The notes under the pieces were generated by a model, which was not told where the DNA came from, ran no database searches, and saw nothing but the letters and a program-made list of their open reading frames with translations. Below, one piece after another: positions 12,921-25,655 of a DNA stretch of 64,000 nucleotides; positions within the stretch are counted from its first letter, which is position 1; each line of letters begins with the position of its first letter. Both the position numbers and the translations under genes were made by a program. The stretch is from the human T2T-CHM13v2.0 reference genome, Homo sapiens, in assembly GCF_009914755.1 (NCBI RefSeq), contig NC_060935.1, one strand, 5' to 3'.

Positions 12921-13165
12921 GCTTTGGGAGGCCCAAGTGGGAGGATTGCCTGAGGTTAGGAGCTCGAGACCTGCCTGGCCAACATAGTGAGACCCCATCT
13001 CTAGAAAAAAAAATGAGCTTGGCATGGTGGTGCACTCATATAGTTCTAGCTACTTAGGAGGCTGAGGATCACTGGATTCCAGGAGTTCAAGGCTGCAGTG
13101 AGCTTTGATTGTGCCACTGTACTCCAGCGTAGGTGACAGAGCAAGACCTTGTGTCTAAAAAACAA
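12921..13165 (+). mobile_element. AluJ-like element, 5'-truncated (mirror at ~36868-37113)
   Basis: 'ctttgggaggcccaagtgggaggattgcctgagg...gcaagaccttgtgtctaaaa'. Confidence 0.85.
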
Positions 13166-14349
13166 ACAAAACACAATTAAGAACTGAATTCCTAAAGTAT
13201 CCAGGTACTGTATGAGCAGTGAGCCAAGATGAATATGCACAGTTCTGGTCATTGAGTCTAGTATAATGAGGATGATAGAACTATGAAAGATAACGTCAAA
13301 GTTGTAATTTTTATGATGTAATCATGCCCCTGACACTACAGGAGCCTAGATAATGGCATGGGCCTAGTTAGTACAATCCCCTTGCTGGGCTAGAGTCAGC
13401 AATGAGCTGTAATAGGAAGTCATTGTCTGTCAATACTGACACAAGGAACATTTACCGAGCATTTACTATGTTCTAGGAACTGTTCTGGCTGATCTGGAAG
13501 GGCAGATAAAGAAGTCTACCCTTTGCCCTCAAGGGGTTTGCAGTCTATTAGGAGACAACCCTGCCAAACAGTAACATACCAGGTTGTTTGAAACACATCA
13601 ACAACAAAACAACAACGCCAAACAAAACAGAAACAGGAGCAAATCTATTTTTTTAAAGAGTTGAGAAGAATAGCACAAATACATAAAATGAAAAAGAAGA
13701 ACAATCTTCAAAATAGAAAATGGATTTTATTATGAATTTTTATAAATAAACTTCACAAAACAAGGTGTACAAATGGACCATAAACACATGAGGTGATGCT
13801 CAGCATCTTTAGTCATCAGGGAAATGCAAACTAAAATCCCAAAATTCCACTCAGAAACACTAAATGGCTAAAATAGAAAAGGTGAGAAAGAATGAATGTT
13901 GGTGAAGTTGTGGAACAATGGGGACGCTGATGCTGGGAATGTAAACTGATTCAACCACTTTGGAAAAAAATATTTGGCAATTCTTAGGAAGTTCAACATA
14001 TATTTATCCTATAGCCCAGACATTTCAGTCTTAGGTACTCACCCAAGAGAAAGTGGTTGCTTGAGGGCCTGAAGGGAGAACTGGTAGGGGGTGCTTTATG
14101 AGTGTTGTCAGTTAGGCCCTGGGCTTGCGATCCGAGGAGGGAAGAGGAGAGAGGCTGATTTTGGTATCCTGAGATTCTTCATGGACCCAAGAAGCCAAAG
14201 TGAAATCCTGAAGTGGGTTGAAGGGGACCAGGAAACTCGAAGGCTTTCTTTAGGTGCATCTGAAGAGATCTGCTGCTTGCTTTGTTCTTTACTACCAGAC
14301 TTGGGCCAACAGAGACCACTTTGTCTTCTAGCATCTCTGGGACTGCTCC

Positions 14350-15111
14350 TGTTAGGGGAAGAAGGTATCTGAGTTACCTAAGGTGAATCCATACGGGTCT
14401 GCAGCAACCTCAGTTCTTATCTCTTCAGAGCAGCAAGAATTCGACTAAGAGGCATAAGGCAAAAAAAGACCGAGGCAAGTCTCAGAGCAGGAGTGGAAGC
14501 TTATTAAACAGCTTTAGAGCAGAAAGTAAAGTACACTTGGAAGAGACTCCAGTGGGTGACTTGAAGGACAAGTGCCCTGCTTAACCTTGATCCTGGGACT
14601 TTATATTGTGGCCCATTTTTGGCATATTGCACCCCTTTCCCATGATTCTTCCCTTAGGGTAGGCTGCCCACCTGCTAACACCCTCCTTATGCTTGGGAAG
14701 TGAGCATGCGCAGTGTGTTTAGGAAATTGTACTCATGTCCATCTGAGGCTTTCTTCCCTTTTCTGGTGGAATGCCTCCGGAAGGTCATACTCTGCCATTT
14801 TCTCTTAAGGCACATGCCTGGACTCACTTGCCCAAATCCTGAGATTGTATGGGAAGCTGATTACCAATCTCCAGTGTTTTTATCTGTTTGGGAAGTTGCC
14901 TCTCCCTGGTGCCTGAGTTCAATGAACACTTTAGTGTGGCAGCTATGGACCCTCAGGAGATTGTCTTTCCTCACTGGCTGCCAAGTTCTCATTTTTAGAG
15001 AGGCAGTGTGGTAACTGCCCAACCATCACTTGCTGGTCGCCTGACCTTCCTGGGGGATTGGGGGTAGAGCCCTCTCCTGCCTGGTTCATGTCTGTCTAAC
15101 TACCTGTAACA
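14350..15111 (-). mobile_element. ERV1 solo LTR, MER50-like
   Basis: TG...CA termini, ~760 bp, 4-bp TSD CTCC; minus strand starts TGTTACAGGTAGTTAGACAGACATGAACC. Confidence 0.75.
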
Positions 15112-17979
15112 CTCCCATTTGGAGTCCAGGAGCAACTTGAGCGTCAGTGATAAAGATTCTGTGTTAGCAGGCCCAGCAGTCAGCAATGATCAGTCAGAAG
15201 AAACTGAACACTTACCAGTGACATGCAGAGGGGAGGGGAGAAAGATGACAACTTGGACGAAAAGTAAATTCTATTAAAAAAAATGTGAGGGGCCAACACT
15301 TTCTGAGACCAAAACACGATTTCTCTTATCAACAATTTAGTGAGTGAATTGAGATCCAAATTTGATTTGACAAATACTTCAAAACAAAAAGCAGAAATAT
15401 AAGAAACCACGAGGAAAAAGAAGGGACGTGGCAGATAAATCAAGAATAACAAAATGTAAATTACTAGAATTTCACAAGGAGTAAAAGGTATTCGTGGAAG
15501 TAAGACAATAATTAAAGAATAGTAGATTATTTCTTGAATGTAATAAAAGGCTCACTGTTTCAGGTTAAACCATGCTTTCTCAACAGGAGTGATAATGTCC
15601 CTAATGGGGCAGAATCTGGTTCTCGGGGGAGTGAACAGAAATCTCACTCCCTTTATGTGCAGAGCACAGATGCCGTACATAAACAAATACACACTATATC
15701 TATGCTATTAAAATTTTATGGGGAAGCGATTAGGGAAAAATGTCTGAGAAGTCTCCTTAAGTGGGGGTTGATTAAAACAATGGAGAAATACTGGACTAGA
15801 GTGATGAGGAAAAAGAAACACCGAGGCATCTGTCAGTACAAATGTTGAACTCTAAAGAGGAAGAGAAAAATCTGACAAACAAACATACAGTTAAAAAGAA
15901 CATATTATCTACAGAAGAAGAATGATGCTGGAATTAGACTTTTTATCTCCAACGCTGGAACGGACAGTGGCATAGCAGTTAAGGACTACTGAGAGAAAGG
16001 ACTACAGCCCAACAATCCTGGACCCAGCTGAGATGTGGCCCCTCTGTTAGGTTGAAGGAAAGATACACAGCAATTCAGACAGTTTATCTCCTGTGTTCCC
16101 CAACAGAGAAACCTATTTGAGAGAAGACTTTCCAAACATTGTCACTGATGTGAACCTGAACAACAATTGGTGGGAATGTGAAGAAAAGAAAGGAAATGGA
16201 GGCATGTACTGAGGCTGGGACTAAATATTTCAATAATTTCTTATGTGTATAACAGAAAAAGAAGTTTAGACTTCAGGTAAAGTTCAGTTGTAAATAAGGA
16301 CTCAGAAATTGAAGGAACTATCTGTGAGATACATTTGACTAAGACTATTGAACTAAAATTAACAAAATATCCTGGCAAAACCTGGAAGTTAGGAATAGGG
16401 GATCAGTCAAAAGTGAAAAAGAATTAAGAGCATTGCAAAACTCTTGTTTTCAAATAAGTACTAGAGAAACGTGTTCTGATCAGGAAGGCAGAGAAAGCGC
16501 AGGTAACCATTTAATGGGGTGGGTAATCCAAGTAGAATTTCAAGTTAGGTACAAAATGGAGTATATAACAACTTGATAAAAACCAAGGGCAGAAATAACA
16601 ATATAAAATAAAGAAGATGCGAGGAATGTACAGTAAAAAAGTCATTACACCAAATGTGTATAGACTAAATTCTAGCATTAAATAAATTTTGAAATGTGGG
16701 TGGGTGAAGGGATCACAGGAATAAGAAATAAAATCAGGATGAACATAATCCATGCCCAGAGATTTTGATTCATTTGATCTGGGGTAGGTCCCAGACATTG
16801 GCATCTTATAAAAGTTTGGTAGAAAGGTCTTGAAATATCCAGCCACAGTTAACAATCACTGAACTGGAAAATCACTCTTAGCAGATTCCAGAACTGGAAC
16901 TGTTATTGATGCCTGTGTCTCGAGGTGCCTAGAAGCCAGAATACCTTTGCCATGTTCTCCCTCAGAATCTTGAGATTTATTCATTTCTCTTCAGGTCCTG
17001 TATAACTTGTGATATCGCAATAGCAGCGGAAACATTTTTCTCTGTCTCATCACATTGTTTTTCTAATACACTTCTCCAGGTTTTGTCTTGTGTGTGTTCC
17101 CCTATACTTGGACTTATGTAATCAAGAAGTCTGGTGCTTTGAAAAGCAATTAGTGTTTAAATAAATTATGTCTACTTTTATGTCTCTGAGTTGGTACTCT
17201 ACCATCAGCTCAACATCTAATCCAATTAACCACATACTGTTTCCCTGGATTTTTTTCTTTGTCTCACTTTGTGCCTTCACTTGGAGGCAGAACATAGTGA
17301 ATGCCCTTGTCATTTCCCCTGAGGACATAGGCAGTACCCGTAGTACTACCTCTAAGAAGTGTTTCAAGTAGAAATTCACTTATATGATACATTTAGTATT
17401 TCATACTGATCCTCCCGGTATTATCCTTTTATTTCTGTTGAAATTATATGCAACCACTTTGTGTATCAGTCTTCAAGGTTTGGTTTAACACTGTTTCTCA
17501 ATTCTTTCAAAACACACAAAACATCTTCCTTTTCAGTAACACTTATAGCTGGTCTCTGAGATTTTTCTTCTTTTCATTTGTTAGATTTCTTTAGGTCTCA
17601 GTCATTGAGTCTGATAAGACATTTCACAACATATTTAAGATCTGACTAGCTTTTCATTTATGTTGAATGTTTCCTCTCATTTGGTTTTTCAAGAAAATCC
17701 TGTTCATTCTCTATGCCCGAAGCAGTGCATTTAACAATTCTTCAGGTGCTTCTAATGTATAGTCAAGTTTCAAAAATCTCTAGGGAAGTTCTTCTAAAAC
17801 TTTGGGTTTTGGAATTATTAGGAAGACTTTGAAAAACACAGATCTCTGGGCTTCACCACTAGAGTTTCTGATTCAGTGGTTTGAGGTCCAAATTTGCATT
17901 TTTTTACAAGTTCCCAATTGAGGCTAATGCTGAGCACACACTTTGAGAAACTTGAAGGTGTTTACTGATTTGAAAAATA

Positions 17980-19093
17980 CAGTAAGCACTCACTAACTGT
18001 GGTCAATAGGTTCTTCAAAACAATGACTTCAAGCGAAATGAGGTATAATAAAATCAATTTTATCATAGGTTAATTGATATGAACAAGAGTCACAAAAACA
18101 TCACTAAATTTCTAAATAAAGATTCAACACACTTTGAGTATTAAACCTTGAAATAAATGTGAGTTATACACACATTTAAGAAAGCTTAATAAAACCAAGT
18201 AAGATTATTATTTACCCAATTTTCGGTGAATCAGTGAGTGACAGCGGTTGTAGTTGTCGTAAGTTAAATCAAGGAATAAATGTTTGCAAAGAAAAAATTA
18301 TAAGGAGCTCTTCCTACTACTACACAGTTAAAAACCAACAATGACAGACACGGCAGGCTGATCTATTTTGTACTCTGATCATTATTGTCTTGCATTTGTA
18401 TGATTACCACATATTTTATGAATTTTTATTTGTCAATAATTTGTATTCATTCATTCATTTTCCAATCCGCTGATTCCTCTTTGGAGTGGCAGGTGGCTGG
18501 AGCCTATCTCGGCAGCTCAAGGTGTGAGGAAGGAACCAACGCTGGACAGGACCCCATCTGGGGTTCAGGGCACACCCTCACACTAGGACCATAGAGATGT
18601 CACTTCACCTAATGTGCCCACCTTTGGGATGTGGGAGGAAACAAGAATATCCAGAGACAACCCACACAGACATAGGGAGAATACGCAAACTCCACACAGA
18701 CAGTGGCCCCGGCAGAAGTCAAATTCTTTTCTCATTAATGTTATAATAAAATGATGTTAGGTGAGGCTGGGCACAGTGGCTCATGCCTGTAATCCCAGCA
18801 CTTTGGGAGGCTGAAGCGGGTGGATCACTTGAGCCCCTGGGCTTTTGAGACCAGCCTGGGTAACATGGTAAAATTCCATCCTCTACAAAAAATACAGAAG
18901 TTATTCAGGCATGGTGGTACACACCTGTAGTCCAAGCTACTCAGGAGGTTGAGATGAGAGGAATGATTGAGCCCAGGAGTTTGAGGTTGCAGTGAGCCAT
19001 GATGGCACCACTGCATTACAACCGGGGTGACAGAGTGAGACCCTGTCTCAAAATGAAAAAAGAAAAAAAAGGATGTTATTTGAGAACCTGCTG
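17980..19093 (-). mobile_element. MER6-like TcMar-Tigger DNA transposon interrupted by an AluJ (~18765-19070)
   Basis: CAG...CTG termini with TA target duplication; internal 'ggggccactgtctgtgtggagtttgcgtattctccc' on the minus strand. Mirror at 30941-32054. Confidence 0.8.
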
Positions 19094-19319
19094 TATTTGC
19101 AATGTAAGAATCACCTTAAGAAGGACATAGAAAAATACAATATATTGCTTTATAGATACATTTTGTCACTGCGCCAGGGACAAAAGTGATGTCGCTGATC
19201 TGATTTACATTGAAATAAATGTGAGCCATACATACAATTAAGAAAAATTAATAAAAACAAGCAAGGTTAATATTTACTCAATTTTTCGTGAATCAGTGAG
19301 TGACAGCAAACAGAGGTCA

Positions 19320-19460
19320 TCTATAAATGAATCCCAACTGGGTGGGGCCCCCTTTGTGGAGAGTTGCAGCTTTAGGAATTTAATCATCTTGATGATTATT
19401 GCGATTAGTTAGGAGCCCATTATCATAAAGTAATCAACCATAAGGTGATTGATTATAAAG
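19320..19460 (+). promoter_or_regulatory. Upstream diverged copy of the SSU72L promoter module with DUX4-like sites
   Basis: Aligns with 20045-20211; GAATTTAATCA 19376-19386, TAAAGTAATCA 19426-19436, TGATTGATTA 19446-19455. Confidence 0.6.
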
Positions 19461-20044
19461 TGACATGATTATCCTTATTGTTTGGAACCCCTTTCATAAT
19501 TTAAAAATCTCTTCATTTTCTTAATAAATTTTACAAACTTTTAAAGAAAAATAATTCTAAACATTGTATTTCAGTACCGAGAACTAAGACACAACTGTAC
19601 CTGAAGGCATAATAAAGTAGGCAGGGGCTTGCAGCAATTGCTGCCTTCTCTGGAGAATCATTATGATTTCAGTAATATCAAATGCAGAAAATGTTGTGTT
19701 GAATAACTCTTAAAATACCATAAGCAGATATGTTGTTGAGAATGGGATTTTTTTTGTATTGGTGAAAAATTTTGTGAATTTCTGGACAAAACTATATACA
19801 ATGGTCCTGTGATTTATGCAATTGCATTTCTCGAACACTATGAAAATTAAAACAAGCAACATCACTTGTAATTTATAATTAAATGGGGTGCAGCCTTGGA
19901 CATTGTCAATATGTTTATCATCCAATTTAATGTCTGAAGGTCACTGGAGAGTCCTATGACATGCTTGCAGGTAGCTTAATTGTCTTGGCCATTGTCAATA
20001 GCAGCCCCCATTCACTAGGAGAACCACCAGAGCAAACTCCAGAT

Positions 20045-20240
20045 TTTAAATGAATCCAGATAGGGTGGTGCCACCTTTGTAGAGAGTTACTGCTTTAGGT
20101 AGTTTAATCATCTTGATTGTTCTTGTGATGAGTTAGGAGACGATTATCACAACCTAATCAATCCAGAAGTCATGAAGTCTCCACCCACTAATTAAGGTGA
20201 CTCAATATAAACCTGCCTCCTGTGCCTCCACATTAGCTCG
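20045..20240 (+). promoter_or_regulatory. Putative proximal promoter of the left SSU72L gene
   Basis: TATAAA at 20206-20211, ~130 bp upstream of the ATG; one-mismatch DUX4-type sites TAGTTTAATCA 20100-20110 and CAACCTAATCA 20150-20160. Confidence 0.6.
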
Positions 20241-20336
20241 TTTGGAAGACCTGGGTATAGGTGGTCGTCTCCTCGGCTCCGAGACCCTGCAGCAGCTGAG
20301 GTGCCTGTGTCTCTCTGGTTCCCAGTGGCCACCATC

Positions 20337-20921
20337 ATGCTCTCCTCCACACTCAGGGTGGCTGTGGTGTGCGTGAGCAATGTCAACAGGAGCATGGAGG
20401 CCCACAGCATCCTCAGGAGAAAAGGGCTAAGTGTCCGGTCTTTTGGAACTGAATCTCATGTGAGGCTACCAGGACCAAGACCCAATCGTCCTGTAGTTTA
20501 TGATTTTGCAACAACATATAAGGAGATGTACAATGACCTCCTCAGGAAAGATAGAGAATGCTACACCCGCAACGGAATCTTACACATCTTGGGAAGAAAT
20601 GAGAGAATCAAGCCCGGTCCAGAAAGATTTCAGGAGTGCACTGATTCCTTTGATGTCATCTTCACCTGTGAGGAGAGTGTCTATGACACAGTGGTGGAAG
20701 ATCTGTGTTCCAGAGAACAGCAGACCTTTCAGCCTGTGCACGTGATCAACATGGACATCCAAGATACCCTGGAAGATGCCACCCTGGGAGCTTTCCTCAT
20801 CTGTGAGATTTGCCAGTGCCTGCAGCAGTCAGACGACATGGAAGACAATCTGGAGGAGCTGCTCTTGCAAATGGAGGAGAAGGCAGGAAAAAGCTTTCTT
20901 CACACCGTCTGCTTCTACTGA
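20337..20921 (+). CDS. SSU72L: SSU72-like RNA polymerase II CTD phosphatase, intronless retrogene, 194 aa (paralog number unresolved)
   Basis: MLSSTLRVAVVCVSNVNRSMEAH...FLHTVCFY is colinear with the 194-aa human SSU72; CX5R catalytic motif and DIQD acid loop retained; ATG at 20337 with A at -3. Confidence 0.93.
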   Translation: MLSSTLRVAVVCVSNVNRSMEAHSILRRKGLSVRSFGTESHVRLPGPRPNRPVVYDFATTYKEMYNDLLRKDRECYTRNGILHILGRNERIKPGPERFQECTDSFDVIFTCEESVYDTVVEDLCSREQQTFQPVHVINMDIQDTLEDATLGAFLICEICQCLQQSDDMEDNLEELLLQMEEKAGKSFLHTVCFY

Positions 20922-21704
20922 ACATCTGGGCTGGCTTTGTCCCCTTCCTCAGTAAGAACTTAGGCATGGGACTTTAGTCCGGATTTATTGTGAGAAGCAT
21001 CTGCAAAGACCTTCCACTGAGTACTGTTTGTGTTACTTTTGTACACATCACCTGAAAAGAGACTATTACCAAGAAAATATTTTATGGGAAATGAGAAGGA
21101 CTAACATTTTTAAAAGCACTGAAAAATGGTTGGCATTGTGCTAGGTGCATTACATGGCATAACTAATTTCATGCTTATATCATTCTACAAGGAAGCTAGC
21201 CCACCATGACGCCATTTTCCAGATGAGCAAACCGAGCTGATAATGGACTGCTGGAAAAATGATTTGTTTAAGGGTATTCAGCAGATAAATAACATTGTAT
21301 AGATAAGCACCTTTTAAATAAAATTCCTTTTCTCAATTTGAGTGGTTTTTTTTTTAAATTTTTTAATTTTTTAAGTTAGTTGAGACCAATGGAGTGTGGT
21401 ATGTTAACTTAAATGTTGTTCTTCTTTAATAAGAGTATAATATTACATGTTTGAACAGATAAATGTTTTTACATATAGATTATATCTTTTTTACTAATGC
21501 TCACTTTAATAGGTAAAATCCAAGTTGGATAATGAACTACATATGATTGTAAAATTTGGAATTATCTGCTCAAATCATGTCATCAAATTAAATGAAATAA
21601 AAAATGTAAATAAAAACTATATTCTTATTTCTGTTTGGGGGATGCATTTCAAGCCACTAAGCGACATGCTTTTGTTTAAACCTTATGAATTACACTGAAA
21701 AAAA

Positions 21705-22410
21705 GGGATCTTTCATAGTGAAAATTTTATTAGGTTTAAAATGTTCATTGGTATGAACATTGAGAACATCAGGTGATAAACCTAATGATGTTTTCAAGGA
21801 GAAACAATTGAAACTCTTTTTCATAATCCTTGGTAGTGGCACTAAACCATGTTTACTAATAGGAGAAAAATAGATCAGAAGTAGTTGTTCATAGTTATAT
21901 TAATTGACATGTTATCTATTGAACTAGACTTATTACGGCAACTTAAAATAACAGCAGAGATTAGCTCTCAAAATGAGTTTATTTGAATGAAGGTCTGGAA
22001 TCAGGAATACACCGGGTATAACAAGTGACAGGTGTATCCTGAGAGGTTAGGGTAAGGGGAAACTTTTAAGGCAAAAAGAAGTCCACAGAAGCTGCTTTGA
22101 AATAAATTTATTGGTCACAGAATCTCATTGCAGGAGTCGGCATTAGCTTCTTGGTGGAGACAGCCATTGCTAGGCATGTGTTCTTGTGAGAACATTTTAT
22201 CTGGAATGCTGCAGTCTTGAAGATAATGCAGTTATAGAAATATGTGTGGCCATGCAGAATGAGCAAAGTGTGTAAGACCTGCTGATGGTGTAAAGCATGT
22301 AGGATGTGCCATAATCTCTCGTGGGTTTTAGAGAGTCCTTGTGATTGTTTTTATCTCAAATACACAAGCATGGGCTCCCCTCCTTCATGACCTTCCAGCT
22401 CCACTTCATC
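21705..22410 (+). repeat. More diverged inner extension of the left arm, including a truncated ERV1 LTR
   Basis: Reverse-complement match to ~27430-28150, roughly 80-85% identity by eye. Confidence 0.85.
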
Positions 22411-23347
22411 AGCCTTCTCCACTGTGAATTTATCCTTTTTCCCATTTTCCATGCTGGACTGTTTAGAAAAAGTCCCTATGTGCAGCCCACATTTAAGGAG
22501 TGGGGACTTGTGCCCTACTTCCTTGTGGGTGGATTATCCATGTAAATTATATGGACTTACTCCTCACAGATGTGTCTATTCTCCCCCTCATTAATGAATT
22601 TATTCAATTATTTCTTCATAGCAGTATGGAATCTTGGATATTTATTTTTCTATGTGGGATTACAATTCGATCCTGCTTTGTTTTGTTGCTCAAACTTTCT
22701 GTTTTGGCCATCGCAAGCACTTTCAGTTGCCTCCTGGGCCCTTTCATGTGCCCCATCGTGGTGTTTGTTTGGTTTTACTTCATTTTTCGTGGAAAAGGAA
22801 ACACTCTGGTATTATGAGATGCCCCAGGTTCATCTTATATATTTCCAGCCTCAGAATCAACAATTTCTCCAAATAATCCTGTTTGTATTACTGGAGGACG
22901 ATGAGAGTAATCAAACTCAAGTGTGCTTGATGCTACTAAGGTACCAGTGTTTTCTGTCCTGCCTCCTTCAGCTACATTTAAATTTTTTCCCTTTGTCTTA
23001 ATTTTCAGTTTGATTGTGAGGCATCTACATACAACTTTCTTTGTTTTTAAGCCTCCTTGAAGTTCTGTGAGCTTTTTCAATCTGTAATATTTTAGCTTTT
23101 TCCCTAATTTGAATAATTTCACAATTATTGCCTCAAAAACAAAAATCAGTCCCATTCTTTCTCTCATTTCATTTTGAGACCCAAACTACACATCTGTTAG
23201 ACCTTTTGATATTGTTCCTCCAGTACCTGAGGATCTCTTTCTTTTCTTTTTGTTCTTTTTTTCTCACTTCTTCAGTTGGATAATTCTGCTGATAGACCTT
23301 ATGGTTAATTTTTAGAAGTAGGATTACTGTGGTCAAAGAGACGTATA

Positions 23348-23530
23348 GGCCAGAAGCAGCAGCTCATGCCTATAATCCCAGCACCTTGAGAGGCTGAGGC
23401 AGGAGAATCGCCTTGAGGCCAGGAGTTCAAGACCAGCCTGAGCAACATAGTGAAGCCCTATCTCTACAAAACAATAAAAAATAGAAATTAGCGAAGTGTG
23501 GTGGCACACACCTGAGTCCTAGCTACTTAT
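23348..23530 (+). mobile_element. Partial AluJ
   Basis: Alu left monomer plus the start of the right monomer. Confidence 0.8.
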
Positions 23531-23959
23531 AAGGCTACTTGGAAGACAGAGTAAACATGTTTTTAAATTTATTAGATATTCAAGATGCCCTCCATAGAGC
23601 TTGTAACAATTTTCATTACGACGGGCAAACATGCCTTTTCCCTCACAAACTTGCCAGCAGGGTATAGTGTCAAGCTTTTGAAGATTTGTCAATCTGATAG
23701 TTTATCAGGTGTGGTTGCACATCTGTTAACATAGCTGCCAGCCATTCTCTCTGCTGAACACGCGTGCCATTCCATCATGATGTGCAGTCTATTACCCATC
23801 CCCTTCTATCCAGGGACATTGCCTTACGACTCGCTTCAACCAACAGACTGAGCTTGAAGTATTACATGCTCTGCTTCATGGATTAGACTTGTGTAAAACC
23901 ACAAACAAGCCACATGGTGATTACACAATCCAGGTCAGACCTTGGGGTAGATCGGATAT

Positions 23960-24165
23960 GGCGCCGGGAGCTGTGGCTCACACCAGTAATCCAAAATACA
24001 AAAATTAACCAAGTGTGGTGCTGTGCACCTGTACTCCCAGCTACTTGGGAGGCTGAGGCAGGAGAATTGCTTGAACATGGGAGGCGGATGTTGCAGTGAG
24101 TGAGCCAAGATCGCACCACTGCACTCCAGCCTGGGCAACAGAGCGAGACTCTGTCTCAAAAAAGA
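23960..24165 (+). mobile_element. Alu with an internal deletion of the left monomer
   Basis: 'gtggctcacaccagtaatcc' joined directly to 'aaaatacaaaaattaacc' and the right monomer. Confidence 0.85.
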
Positions 24166-24179
24166 AGAAGAAGAAGGAG

Positions 24180-25655
24180 GCTCTCCCTCTCCCTCTCCCT
24201 CTCCCTATCCCTCTCCCTCTCCCTCTCCACGGTCTCCCTCTCCCTCTCCCTGGTCTCCCTCTGATGCCAAGCTGAGGCTGGACTGTACTGCCGCCATCTC
24301 GGCTCACTGCAAACTCCCTGCCTGATTCTCCTGCCTCAGCCTGCTGAGTGCCTGGGATTGCAGGCTCGCGCCGCCACGCCTGACTGGTTTTTGTATTTTT
24401 TGGTGGAGAAGGGGTTTCGCCGTGTTGGCCGGGCTGGTCTCCAGCTCCTGACCGCAAGTGATCTGCCAGCCTCGGCCTCCCAAGGTGCTGGGATTGCGGA
24501 TGGAGTCTCGCTCACTCAGTGCTCAATGTTGCCCAGGCTGGAGTGCAGTAGCGTGATCTCGGCTCGCTACAACCTCCACCTCCCAGCCGCCTGCCTTGGC
24601 CTCCCAAAGTGCCGAGATTGCAGCCTCTGCCCCGCCACCACCCGGTCTGGGAAGTGAGGAGCGTCTCTGCCTGGCCGCCCATCGTCTGGGATGTGAGGAG
24701 CCCCTCTGCACAGCCGCCCAATCTGAGATGTGAATAGCGCTTCTGCCCGGCCGCTACCCCGTCTGGAAACTGAGGAGTGTCTCTGCCCGGCCGCCCAGTC
24801 TGGGAAGTGAGGAGCGCCTCTTCCTGGCAGCCATCCGGTCTGGGAAGTGAGGAGCGTCTCTGCCCGGCCGCCCATCGTCTGAGATACGCGGAGCCCCTCT
24901 GCCAGGCCGTGACCTCGTGTGGGAACTGAGGAGTGTCTCTGCCCCCCCGCCCCGTCTGAGAAGTAAGGAGCCCCTCCACCCAGCAGCCGCCCTGCCTGGG
25001 AGGGAGGTGGGGGGCAGCCCCCGCCCGGCAGCCTCCCTGTCCGGGAAGTTGGGGGCGCCTCTGCCCGGCTGCCCCGTCTGGGAAGTGAGGAGCCCCTCTG
25101 CCAGGCCACCACCACGTCTGGGAGGTGTGCTCAACAGCTCATTGGGAATGGGCCATGATGACGATGGTGGTTTTGTCGAATAGAAAGGGGGGAAATGTGA
25201 GGAAAAGAAAGACAAATCAGATTGTTGCGGTGTCTGTGTAGAAAGAAGTAGACATAGGAAACTCCATTTTGTTCTGTACTAAGAAAAATTCTTCTCCCTT
25301 GGGATGATGTTAATCTATAACCTTACCCCCAACCCCGTGCTCTCTGAAACATGTGCTGTGTCCACTCAGGGTTAAATGGATTAAGGGCGGTGCAAGATGT
25401 GCTTTGTTAAACAGATGCTTGAAGTCAGCATGGTCGTTAAGAGTCATCACCACTCCCTAATCTCAAGTACCCAGGGACACAAACACTGTGGAAGGCCACA
25501 GGGTCCTCTGCCTAGGAAAACCAGAGACCCTTGTTCACATGTTTATCTGCTGACCTTCCCTCCACTATTGTCCTATGACCCTGCCAAATCCCCCTCTCTG
25601 AGAAACACCCAAGAATGATCAATAAATACAAAAAAAAAAAAAAAAAAAAAAAAAA
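24180..25655 (+). mobile_element. Full-structure SVA retrotransposon (probably an older A/B-type)
   Basis: (CCCTCT)n hexamer 24181-24260, antisense Alu-like domain, GC-rich VNTR ~24640-25125, SINE-R, AATAAA and poly(A). TSD AAAAAAGAAGAAGAAG(AAG)GAG at ~24158-24179 and ~25650-25668. Confidence 0.96.

Larger units (their letters stand above)
4877..21704 (+). repeat. Left arm of large inverted segmental duplication (palindrome)
   Basis: Reverse complement of 28335-39588 at high identity; mirrored ORF pairs in the track (e.g. 16511-16855/33181-33525, 17122-17379/32657-32914). The ~5.57 kb length difference equals the HERV-H internal region plus one LTR. Confidence 0.97.

Noticed and set aside
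20301-20336. 12-aa N-terminal extension of SSU72L in the ORF track (also 29699-29734)
   Set aside because: Relies on a GTG start; the ATG at 20337 (29698) gives the canonical 194 aa.
24041-25215. Several 130-180-aa ORFs
   Set aside because: By-products of the GC-rich SVA VNTR and Alu-like sequence.
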